Origin: an uncultured bacterium
GTDB lineage: Bacteria > CSSED10-310 > CAZUFC01
Direction of reading: 5' to 3'
NCBI GenBank assembly: GCA_964619725.1
Contig: CAZUFC010000158.1
Span: 1-17,238 of the forward strand
DNA length: 17,238 nt
The notes below the pieces were generated by a model that was not told the origin of the DNA, did no database searches, and saw only the letters and a list, made by a program, of their open reading frames with translations. Shown one piece after another: positions 1 through 8,091 of the stretch (positions within the stretch are counted from its first letter, which is position 1; every line of letters begins with the position of its first letter). The position numbers were made by a program, and so were the translations under genes.

Positions 1-58
<58 letters not shown>

Positions 59-273
59 AACGAAGCTTCAAAAGTTCTGAAAGAAGCTTAACCCGGGTTT
101 GATCAGTCCCTAAAAATCTTAAATGATACGTCGGTAAAAGCTTAAGACGGTTTCAGAATCGGTAATGTTTTAATTTTTTAACCACGAATATGACGACTCA
201 CATACGAATTTGCCGAATAAGAGTAACGGCATAACCCTTGATCAAGCATCGTTCATGTTTTCGTGATTTTGTA

Positions 274-458
274 CTAGCCCGCATTTCTCATACAAAACCT
301 GTTACGAGCGTCCATACCCCCGCACCTTCAAGCGCTGCTCCCTACGGCCTTGCTCAACGTAGCGCTGCTATGTTTCCGCAGTCCTCCAGTCCGCTACGCT
401 TGAATTTGCGGGAATCTGAACGTTCTCACTACGATTTTGTATGAGAAATCCGGGCTAG
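274..458. mobile_element. MITE-like / REP-like palindromic element, 185 bp, with 24-bp terminal inverted repeats bounded by CTAG
   Basis: 274-297 ctagcccgcatttctcatacaaaa matches the reverse complement of 435-458 (ctagcccggatttctcatacaaaa) at 23/24. Imperfect dyad symmetry continues inward. No transposase ORF. Confidence 0.75.
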
Positions 459-533
459 GGCTAAACCGTTAATGTTTGAAGGTTTCCATCCCGGCAGCTT
501 CATTTTCTTTTTGCGTTTACGTCGAATGTTCCT

Positions 534-3104
534 TCAAATGACTATACTCAACAGTCTGTCTGGGACCAGGATGACTTTTTTAATTTTATTTCCTTCGGTG
601 TATTTTGCGACGGATTCCAATTCCAGGGCCAGTTTCAGCGCTTCATCCCTGTTTACGCCTTTGGGAGCGGTAAAGGTTCCTCTGACTTTGCCGTTGATTT
701 GCACTGGTATGGTGACCGATTCTACTTCGAGGGCTTTTTCGCTGTATTGCGGCCATTGTTGGTCGAAGATGCTGTATTGGCCGTTCTTTTGTTCCCAGAG
801 TTCTTCAGCCATGTGCGGGGCGAATGGGGCAATCAGCAGCATCAACTGTTTCAGGCCGAACTGGAAGGCTTGTTCGGACACTTCTTCTTCACTGTCGTTC
901 AGTGCATTGGTCAATTCCATCAGGGCGGCTATGACGGTATTGAAGTCGAAATTTTCTATATCATGGGTCGCCTGTTTAACCGTGGCGTGAATTTTTCTTC
1001 TTAACTCTTTTTCCGTTTTATTTTTCGGTTCAAAATCGTGGGTTTGATGAACGTTGAAATTATATTGTTGCGTCATTTTACGGACTCGTTTAAAAAAGCG
1101 TTCGATGCCCGTAATTCCCGAATCGTCCCAGACGCCTCCTTCTGAAAAGTGCCCCATAAAGAGGAGGTATGTCCTGAAAGTATCGATGCCGTATTTGTTC
1201 AGGTATTTATCCACGTCGACGGTATTGTATTTTGATTTAGAGATTTTTTCGTCTCTGACGATCAGTTTTTTTCCGCAATTCTTGTGGAAAAATTCGTTCT
1301 CCATTTCTTCAACTTCTTCTTCAGGCTGGTATCCGTGCTGAGGACAATAAAAGGAGTTTTTACGGACCATACCCTGGTGATTCAGTTTTTGAAAGGGTTC
1401 GTCGAAATCGACATAGCCTGCATCATGCAGGAATTTAGTAAAAAACCGTGAATACAGCAGATGCCCTACTGCATGTTCTGATCCTCCGACGTATTGATCG
1501 ACCGGCAGCCAGGCATTGACTTTTTCTTTAATGAAGGGTCCTTCGTCATAGTCGGGATTAACGTATCGCAGGTAATACCAGGAGGAGCAGACGAAGGTAT
1601 CCATGGTTTCCGTTTCTCTTTGAGCCGGTCCGCCGCATTGAGGGCATTCCGTATTGAGAAATTTTTTATTGGTTGCCAGGGGGGATTCTCCGGTTCCTTT
1701 CGGTTTGAAGTCGACATCCCGCGGCAGCAGCACAGGCAATTGATTTTCGGGAACAGGAACGATGCCGCATTCGTCGCAATTAATAATGGGAATGGGCGCG
1801 CCCCAGTATCTCTGTCGTGAGATTAACCAATCCCGCAAACGGTAATTGATTTTGAATCCGCCTTTGCCTTCTTTTTCCAGGTGTTCCGTGACGGCTTTAA
1901 TGCCTTCCCTGTTGTTCATGCCCGAAAAAGGACCGGAATTAATCATCTTTCCGTCGCCTTCATAAGCTTCTTGCATCTCATCCGCATCAATCGTTTCCTC
2001 TCCTTCAGGGGCAATGACCTGCACAATGGGCAAATCGTACTTGCGGGCGAATTCGAAGTCCCTCTGATCGTGCGCCGGCACAGCCATGACCGCTCCCGCA
2101 CCGTAAGACATCAAGACGTAATCAGCTATCCAGATGGGTATTTCTGCATCAGTAAAAGGATTCACCGCGTATGCGCCAGTGAATACTCCTGTTTTCTCCT
2201 TAACCGTCGAAGTTCTCTCAATTTCCGTCTGCAATCTGACCTGCCGGACGTAATTTCCCACTGCCTGACGCTGTTGTCCGGTTGTGATCTCGTCAATCAG
2301 AGGATGCTCCGGCGCCATAACCATGTAAGTGGCCCCGTAAATAGTATCGGGCCTGGTAGTGAACACTTTTAATATGTCATCCCGGCCGACCAGCGGAAAA
2401 TGCATTTCGGTTCCTTCGCTTCGTCCTATCCAGTTTTTCTGCATCATGACCGTCTTTTCCGGCCATTGAATCTTTTCCAGGCCGTCAAGCAACTTCTGAG
2501 CATAATCCGTTATCTTGAAAAACCACTGTTCCAGGTCCTTCTGTTCCACGCCGCTCCCGCAACGCTCGCATGTTCCTTCGCCTACGACCTGCTCGTTCGC
2601 CAGCACCGTCTTGCAGCTCGGACACCAGTTCACCGGGGCTTTTCTCTTATACGCCAGTCCATGCTCATACAGCTTCAGAAAAAACCACTGAGTCCACTTG
2701 TAATATCCCGGCTCGCTCGTGTTGATCTCTTTCGACCAGTCATACATCGCACCCATTTCTTTTAATTGAATACGAATGTCGTTCACGTTTTTTTCCGTGG
2801 ACTCCGCCGGATGAATGCCGTGCTTTAAAGCAAAATTTTCGGCCGGCAGACCGAACGCATCATATCCCATCGGTTCCAGAACATTCCATCCCTGCATCCG
2901 TCGAGCACGCGCCCACGTGTCTGCCCCGGAATAATTAAACCAATGTCCGATATGCAGCTTCGCCCCCGATGGATAAATAAACATCACCAATACAAACAGC
3001 TTGTCGTCCGTTTCTTCCAGGTCCGTCTGATACAGACCCGTTTCTTCCCATTTCCTGCGCCACTTTGCTTCAATCCTTGTCGGATCATATCCCGTCTTGA
3101 CCAT
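534..3104 (-). CDS. leuS: Leucine--tRNA ligase (class Ia, bacterial type), 856 aa
   Basis: MFIYPSGAKLHIGH (HIGH motif), GYDAFGLPAEN, YYKWTQWFF, CPSCKTVLANEQV, editing-domain FTTRPDT and GAVMAVPAHDQRD, RDWLISRQRYWGAPIP, KISKS (KMSKS motif), C-terminal VQINGKVRG. GGAG RBS 7 nt upstream. Confidence 0.98.
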   Translation of the reverse strand: MVKTGYDPTRIEAKWRRKWEETGLYQTDLEETDDKLFVLVMFIYPSGAKLHIGHWFNYSGADTWARARRMQGWNVLEPMGYDAFGLPAENFALKHGIHPAESTEKNVNDIRIQLKEMGAMYDWSKEINTSEPGYYKWTQWFFLKLYEHGLAYKRKAPVNWCPSCKTVLANEQVVGEGTCERCGSGVEQKDLEQWFFKITDYAQKLLDGLEKIQWPEKTVMMQKNWIGRSEGTEMHFPLVGRDDILKVFTTRPDTIYGATYMVMAPEHPLIDEITTGQQRQAVGNYVRQVRLQTEIERTSTVKEKTGVFTGAYAVNPFTDAEIPIWIADYVLMSYGAGAVMAVPAHDQRDFEFARKYDLPIVQVIAPEGEETIDADEMQEAYEGDGKMINSGPFSGMNNREGIKAVTEHLEKEGKGGFKINYRLRDWLISRQRYWGAPIPIINCDECGIVPVPENQLPVLLPRDVDFKPKGTGESPLATNKKFLNTECPQCGGPAQRETETMDTFVCSSWYYLRYVNPDYDEGPFIKEKVNAWLPVDQYVGGSEHAVGHLLYSRFFTKFLHDAGYVDFDEPFQKLNHQGMVRKNSFYCPQHGYQPEEEVEEMENEFFHKNCGKKLIVRDEKISKSKYNTVDVDKYLNKYGIDTFRTYLLFMGHFSEGGVWDDSGITGIERFFKRVRKMTQQYNFNVHQTHDFEPKNKTEKELRRKIHATVKQATHDIENFDFNTVIAALMELTNALNDSEEEVSEQAFQFGLKQLMLLIAPFAPHMAEELWEQKNGQYSIFDQQWPQYSEKALEVESVTIPVQINGKVRGTFTAPKGVNRDEALKLALELESVAKYTEGNKIKKVILVPDRLLSIVI

Positions 3105-3116
3105 GATTCCGCTCCA

Positions 3117-3176
3117 TTATCGTTGGTGTTTTACCCGTGTATCCCAAATGTGAAACACGAATCGTGAAATTACCAT
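3117..3176 (-). CDS. Putative 19-aa upstream ORF (MVISRFVFHIWDTRVKHQR), in frame with leuS
   Basis: AAGGAG lies 8 nt before the ATG at 3176. The TAA at 3119-3117 abuts the leuS RBS, and the two ATGs are 72 nt apart. Confidence 0.3.
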   Translation of the reverse strand: MVISRFVFHIWDTRVKHQR

Positions 3177-3211
3177 GAAAATAACTCCTTAGCAAAATAA
3201 TTTTTCCGTAC

Positions 3212-3247
3212 AAATAAAAAACCCGTCTCGATCCCTCGAAACGGGTT
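3212..3247 (-). terminator. Intrinsic terminator (attenuator) in the leuS leader
   Basis: Minus strand reads AACCCGTTTCGA-GGGA-TCGAGACGGGTT then TTTTATTT: a 12-bp stem with one G-U pair, followed by a U tract. Confidence 0.85.
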
Positions 3248-3265
3248 CCCGGCAGACGCTCTGAT

Positions 3266-3346
3266 TCAGAGAAAATCTGAGGCGCCTCCAAAAACCCGCC
3301 TTACGCTAAGCAACGACAATAATGATTTTTTCTGCTTTGAAGTCAT
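3266..3346 (-). CDS. Leucine-rich leader peptide, 26 aa (MTSKQKKSLLSLLSVRRVFGGASDFL)
   Basis: AGAGAGGT RBS, ATG at 3346, clustered Leu codons TTA TTG (TCG) TTG CTT, and TGA at 3268-3266 just upstream of the terminator. Below the size cut-off of the ORF track. Confidence 0.75.
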   Translation of the reverse strand: MTSKQKKSLLSLLSVRRVFGGASDFL

Positions 3347-3372
3347 CTCAATACCTCTCTTTTATTTCATTA

Positions 3373-3395
3373 ATATGATTGAACGGATTTGTCAA
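3373..3395 (-). promoter_or_regulatory. Putative sigma70 promoter for the leader peptide and leuS
   Basis: Perfect TTGACA at 3395-3390 followed by an AT-rich CATATTAATG region. The exact -10 register is ambiguous. Confidence 0.5.
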
Positions 3396-3420
3396 GCTTA
3401 GGACGGGGGGAAGCCTGGGC

Positions 3421-3480
3421 GGATGGAAGACTGGAAGGACTGGAATAGTGGGTGGATGGAAGACTGGAAGAGCGGAAGGA
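3421..3480 (+). repeat. Purine-rich degenerate tandem repeat (GGAAGACT / GGATGGAA units)
   Basis: ggatggaagactggaag occurs twice with intervening ggactggaa/ggaagagcggaagg, in the divergent intergenic region. Confidence 0.7.
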
Positions 3481-3527
3481 AGAAAAGTTTGATGGGGCAT
3501 GAACAGCCTCTTCAATCGTTAAAATTT

Positions 3528-3556
3528 TTGTCGAAATTAATTGCAGGTGTTATACT
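3528..3556 (+). promoter_or_regulatory. Putative sigma70 promoter with extended -10
   Basis: TTGTCG-N17-TATACT with TG at 3548-3549, about 30 nt before the ATG at 3589. Confidence 0.55.
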
Positions 3557-3588
3557 ACAGAGTGGAACTTCTGAATGGAGGGAAGGCC

Positions 3589-5208
3589 ATGAAATTAAGA
3601 ATTTTCATTTGTTTAGCGATAATTGCGGGATTAATAATCCCGGTATTGCCTGTAGCCGCGGATGAGGCGAATCCGATGGAAGGCGCAAAATGGCGGATAT
3701 ATCCTGACGCACGATTGAGCCGCGTAACGGGTCCTGTTTACATTCAGCAACTGACGGAAACGGAATGGCACGAGGCGGGGAACAATTTTCCTGTTCAGGA
3801 AGGTGACCGGATAACGACGGGGACCGGAGGGCGAGGCGTCGTGGAATTTACAGATTCGAATATATTGCGATTCTGGGAGAATACAAAATTCGACGTCAAT
3901 GAAATAACGAAAGAGGAAGGTCAGGCTCGTTGGCGCACTTTCAACATGCTGGGTTCGACTTATACGGCGATTTTGGATGAAGGCTCGTCGGTTTATGTGG
4001 AACAGGCGACTCCGGCCACGATGGTAAGGGCGACGAAACGGTGCCGTTTCAGGACGGACATTCTGGAATCGGGCGAGACGGCGGTGAAGGTTTATGAGGG
4101 GACGGTCGAAGTTCTCGGTAAAAATGAGTCGATTTACGTATCTGACGGTCGTCAGACAAGCGTGAAGGTCGGAGGCGACCCTGCTGAACCGGAGGAGATC
4201 GACCGGCGGGATACGGATGAATTCGATGAATGGAACAATGAGTTGAATGATAAGATGGCTTCAGGAGAATCGGAAAAGTATCTTGGGGAAAATGCAGATA
4301 TTGGGGCTGAGGAGCTGGATGAATACGGCGACTGGGTGGAGGTACAGGAATACGGTTATGCCTGGAGGCCATACGTGAGCGTCGGCTGGTCGCCTTATTA
4401 TTGCGGAGGCTGGTATTATTACGGTCCTTACGGATGGGTATGGATCGGATGTGAGCCCTGGGGATGGATACCTTACCATTACGGAAGCTGGACCTGGACC
4501 TACGAATACGGTTGGGTGTGGATACCGGGCGGATGGTATTGGAGGCCCGCATGCGTCTGGTGGTATTATGACAATTACGACAGAATAGGGTGGGTGGCGC
4601 ATCATCCCAAAGACAATTATAGAAACATAGTATACGCAGGGCAGAAACCTCAAAACGCGCTCCTTGAAAACGCAAAGGGTTTCACGCGAACAAAAACGGA
4701 CTATTTCCTGCACCGTTCGTCGGACTTCTACGAACAAACGACTCTGATAGATAAAGACCCCAAAAAATTCGAATTTTTCGCGAAACCTCAAAAAATACCC
4801 CCAATATCCAGACTGGAAGAATCGCAGAAATACCGTTACAAGAAGAAACGGCTGATATCGCCTTTCACCGGTTCCGAATACCAGCAGCGAAAATACCGCT
4901 ACCAGGAAGACATCATAAGTCCTGATCAAAGATACCAGGAAAGGGAATCCAAGCCGCCGCTGCAAAGAAGAGAGGCGCCTCAACGCAATATCCGCGGGAG
5001 AGAGCCTGAAGCTCCATCCGTTCCGCCGGCGCCGCCGAAACCGCCGGAACGTTCCAATATAAGAGACACAGGCAATCAGCGACGCGATCAATCTCAAAGA
5101 CCTTCTATAAATTCCAGACAGCCTCCGGAAAGACAAAGCAGCCGAAGAACCAATCCAATCCAGCAGAACGACGACAATGACAAAGAGCAGCGAAACCTGC
5201 TTCAATAG
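3589..5208 (+). CDS. Secreted FecR-domain + DUF6600-like (Trp/Tyr/Gly-rich) protein with a low-complexity C-terminus, 539 aa
   Basis: GGAGG RBS and signal peptide MKLRIFICLAIIAGLIIPVLPVAA. ARLSRVTGPV...NFPVQEGDRITTG...VKVYEGTVEV is FecR-like. LDEYGDWV...YGYAWRP...GWSPY...GWVWIGCEPWGWIPYHYGSW...GWVWIPG...WRPACVWW is DUF6600-like. Pro/Arg/Gln-rich tail. Start moved from TTG 3541 to ATG 3589. Confidence 0.8.
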   Translation: MKLRIFICLAIIAGLIIPVLPVAADEANPMEGAKWRIYPDARLSRVTGPVYIQQLTETEWHEAGNNFPVQEGDRITTGTGGRGVVEFTDSNILRFWENTKFDVNEITKEEGQARWRTFNMLGSTYTAILDEGSSVYVEQATPATMVRATKRCRFRTDILESGETAVKVYEGTVEVLGKNESIYVSDGRQTSVKVGGDPAEPEEIDRRDTDEFDEWNNELNDKMASGESEKYLGENADIGAEELDEYGDWVEVQEYGYAWRPYVSVGWSPYYCGGWYYYGPYGWVWIGCEPWGWIPYHYGSWTWTYEYGWVWIPGGWYWRPACVWWYYDNYDRIGWVAHHPKDNYRNIVYAGQKPQNALLENAKGFTRTKTDYFLHRSSDFYEQTTLIDKDPKKFEFFAKPQKIPPISRLEESQKYRYKKKRLISPFTGSEYQQRKYRYQEDIISPDQRYQERESKPPLQRREAPQRNIRGREPEAPSVPPAPPKPPERSNIRDTGNQRRDQSQRPSINSRQPPERQSSRRTNPIQQNDDNDKEQRNLLQ

Positions 5209-5550
5209 ACTTCTTCAATCGTTGAATATTGACAGGCTGATTTGGAGAGGATGCCGATCATCACGAATGATGGTTTAATTCAAAGATATGGCGTAGAGAC
5301 GATATGGTAAGGTTCACCGAATGCTGGTGAGGGGATGGAGCAGGGTTGGCGCCGAATCGTGGTCGTCATGCATCCGCCTTTGATCTGGTGGAAATCGTAA
5401 TAGTATTATTCAGCAAAGGATCATCAGACTTCAATATGCGTAACAGTTCTATGGTTGGGCGGAGTATCCGCGTGAAAAATTACCGCATTTCTTGACTTGC
5501 GCTTTCAAGAATTATAAGAAGTAAACGGAATGAATCACGAAGGAGTTGAC

Positions 5551-8079
5551 ATGAAAACGAGATATTTTTTAGCGATTGTAATGACGATATTCCTTTTTGC
5601 AGGCATATCGTATGGAGAAACCGGCGAATTAATCAGGTTCAACAACATAGTTTTCGATCCGCTGGTGGAAGAACCGGAGATTGAACCGGCATATTTTCTG
5701 TCCATGGCGGAGGCCGGAGGTCTTTGCGTTTTACAGTTTGAGGGGCCAGTAAGGGAAGAATGGAAAAGCGCGGTCAAGGAGGCAGGCTGTCGTCTTTTCG
5801 ATTATGTTCCTGATTTTGCTTTTGTGGCGAGGGTTTCGGAGACGGATCGGACGGAAATAAGTGAAATGCCGTTTGTGCGTTGGATCGGACCTTATCATTC
5901 GTTTTACCGGTTGAGTCAGGATTTAATTGAGGAAGATTCCGAGTGGTATGACGAGATAAGGGTCAAGTTATGTCCGGACGCTGATGAGGAATATTTTCTT
6001 GACTGGCTTGACATGGAGGACGTTAATGCTGATCGAACGTGGGAAGTGGGAGACTCAGTATGGATCGAGATGGAACACTGGCATGGATTGGCGGACAGGC
6101 TGGCGAGATTGCCTGATGTTTTATGGGTGGAGCCGGCGTATCCGATTGAGTTGTTGAACGATGCCAATCGCTGGGTGTTGCAGAGCAACATCAATAATTT
6201 TACTCCGGTGTGGGACAATGGACTGCATGGAGAAAATCAGATCATAGGGGTATTGGATTCAGGACTGGACTACGGTTCATGTTTTTTCCGGGACAATCAG
6301 CAGAGTTCCCCGAATCCGTTGCATCGGAAGGTGATAGCGTATCGTGCATACGGCGGCAATTTATATGATTCCTGTTTCCTGGGTCACGGGACGCACGTAT
6401 CCGGGACGGCGGCAGGAAACGACATATACGGGAGCAACCAGATATACAACGGCACGGCGTTCATGTCGAAGATAACGTTCGGCGACATTCAGGGCAATTC
6501 ATTTGCGGAATGCTGGCTGGGTCAGTTGACTCTGACGTCCGACCTGACCACGATCTTCGGGGATGCATACAACGACGGCGCACGGATACACACCAACAGT
6601 TGGGGCAGCACGGAGAACGCTTACGATTCCATGGCGGTTGAAGCCGACCAGTTCATGTGGGACCATTCCGATTTTCTGCTTTTGTTCGCCAACGGCAACT
6701 CGGGACCGAATGCGTCCACCGTGGGAACGCCGGCCACATCTAAAAATGTAGTTTCCGTCGGCGCTACGGGAAGAGCGCCCAACCAGGAACAGATAGCCAA
6801 TTATTCCAGCCGGGGTCCGGCGACCGACGGCAGGTTCAAGCCTACGGTCGATTCTCCCGGTACGAACCTGAATTCAGCGAAAAATTCTTCCGGCGAGAGC
6901 ATCACGCCTTCATGCACCACCATAGGATTCGGCATGATGGGCACCAGTATGGCCTGTCCGGGCGTGGCCGGATGCGCTGCCCTGGTCAGACAGTATCTGA
7001 CCGAAGGATGGTATCCCCTGGGAACGCCCGATCCCGGCAATTCAATCAATCCGTCGGGAGCGCTGATGAAAGCCATGCTGATCAATTCCGGCGCCATGGT
7101 CAGTACGGGACCGAGACCCGGCAACGACCAGGGTTGGGGAAGAGTTCTCCTGGACAGCGTGCTTTATTTTCAAGGCGAACCTTACAAATTGTGGATTCAT
7201 GATGAACCGGCAGGACTGGCCACCGGAGAACAGCATTTTTATAACGTAAATGTCGTTGATGGCGGGGCTCCGCTTAAAGTTACATTGGTCTGGACAGACC
7301 ACGCAGCGGCTCCGGGATGCGCCGTCGCCATGGTGAACGACCTGGACCTGACGGTGACTTACGGTTCGCAATTCTGGAACGGAAACAACTTCAACAATGG
7401 ATGGTCGGTTCCGGAAGGATTCCTGGACAGGCTCAATCCTGAAGAATGCGTATTCCTCGGTTCGGCGAATGCAGGCGTTTACACGATCGTCGTGACCGCG
7501 TTCAACGTTCCCCAGGGCCATTTCGGAAAACAACCCTACGCACTCGTCGTAACAGGCAATGTGGAAGGTTCCGCTCCGCCCCCAACGCATACGCCCACAT
7601 GTACGCCTACCAGAACGCCCACAGTCACGCCCACAGGGTTCCACACCTGCACTCGCACGCCCACTCCTACGCCGACATACTTCGGCACGGGAACGCCGAC
7701 CGCTACCCCGTTCGACGACGATCTGACCGTTCTCCTCAATTTGAATCAATCGCAATACTTCGGCGGCGACCTTTTTAAGGTCCAATGCCGTATCATGAAC
7801 GGAGGTTCGCAACAGCAGGTCTGCCATTTTCTGATACTCGATCTGGGTGAAGCCTTCGGAAACAACCGCTACCTGTTCTATCCCGGATGGTCCAATCAGG
7901 CCGACTTTAAACGCTATTTCCTGACGCCGGGAAGAATAATCAATCTGACGATATTCGACCTCATGCTCCCGGAAAACCTGGACCCCGCCGGACCCTTCAC
8001 CTTTATGACGGCTATGACGTCGTTCGATATGCTCGAAATCGTCAGCAATATAGATCAGGCGGAATTCCGGTTTATTTGA
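5551..8079 (+). CDS. Secreted S8 (subtilisin-like, KP-43 type) serine peptidase with Thr/Pro linker and C-terminal domain, 842 aa
   Basis: AGGAG RBS before ATG 5551 and a signal peptide. Catalytic triad motifs VLDSG, HGTHVSGT, GTSMACP; also RIHTNSWG, ANGN oxyanion, SSRGPATDGRFKP, PSGALMKAMLIN, QGWGRV, LKVTLVWTD...VNDLDL (KP-43-like C-terminal barrel). (TP)n linker. Confidence 0.93.
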   Translation: MKTRYFLAIVMTIFLFAGISYGETGELIRFNNIVFDPLVEEPEIEPAYFLSMAEAGGLCVLQFEGPVREEWKSAVKEAGCRLFDYVPDFAFVARVSETDRTEISEMPFVRWIGPYHSFYRLSQDLIEEDSEWYDEIRVKLCPDADEEYFLDWLDMEDVNADRTWEVGDSVWIEMEHWHGLADRLARLPDVLWVEPAYPIELLNDANRWVLQSNINNFTPVWDNGLHGENQIIGVLDSGLDYGSCFFRDNQQSSPNPLHRKVIAYRAYGGNLYDSCFLGHGTHVSGTAAGNDIYGSNQIYNGTAFMSKITFGDIQGNSFAECWLGQLTLTSDLTTIFGDAYNDGARIHTNSWGSTENAYDSMAVEADQFMWDHSDFLLLFANGNSGPNASTVGTPATSKNVVSVGATGRAPNQEQIANYSSRGPATDGRFKPTVDSPGTNLNSAKNSSGESITPSCTTIGFGMMGTSMACPGVAGCAALVRQYLTEGWYPLGTPDPGNSINPSGALMKAMLINSGAMVSTGPRPGNDQGWGRVLLDSVLYFQGEPYKLWIHDEPAGLATGEQHFYNVNVVDGGAPLKVTLVWTDHAAAPGCAVAMVNDLDLTVTYGSQFWNGNNFNNGWSVPEGFLDRLNPEECVFLGSANAGVYTIVVTAFNVPQGHFGKQPYALVVTGNVEGSAPPPTHTPTCTPTRTPTVTPTGFHTCTRTPTPTPTYFGTGTPTATPFDDDLTVLLNLNQSQYFGGDLFKVQCRIMNGGSQQQVCHFLILDLGEAFGNNRYLFYPGWSNQADFKRYFLTPGRIINLTIFDLMLPENLDPAGPFTFMTAMTSFDMLEIVSNIDQAEFRFI

Positions 8080-8091
8080 TCTTTGTTTCAG

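Noticed and set aside
75-158. Integron attC site (GCTTAAC at 86-92 fits RYYYAAC)
   Set aside because: No matching GTTRRRY at the right end (ggtaaaagc), no clear L boxes, and no integrase or cassette array.
238-444. 68-aa ORF
   Set aside because: TTG start, lies mostly within the palindromic element, and has no transposase-like motif.
472-3291. Plus-strand ORFs antisense to leuS and the 3085-3291 minus ORF
   Set aside because: Shadow frames of a strongly supported gene. 3085-3291 has a TTG start and runs through the attenuator terminator.
3200-3400. T-box riboswitch upstream of leuS
   Set aside because: No GGTGGNACCGCG T-box sequence or stem I motifs. The leader peptide model explains the region.
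3423-3665. 80-aa ORF MEDWKDWN...
   Set aside because: Arises from the GGAAGACT repeat and overlaps the promoter and start of the real gene.
5209-5530. Small ORFs or ncRNA in the 320-bp gap before the subtilase
   Set aside because: Only ORFs of about 20 codons with poorly spaced RBS, and no convincing extended structure or known RNA motif.
4049-7827. Long antisense and alternate-frame ORFs (4261-5205, 4049-4675, 7042-7827 and others)
   Set aside because: Fully overlap well-supported genes and show no recognisable motifs.
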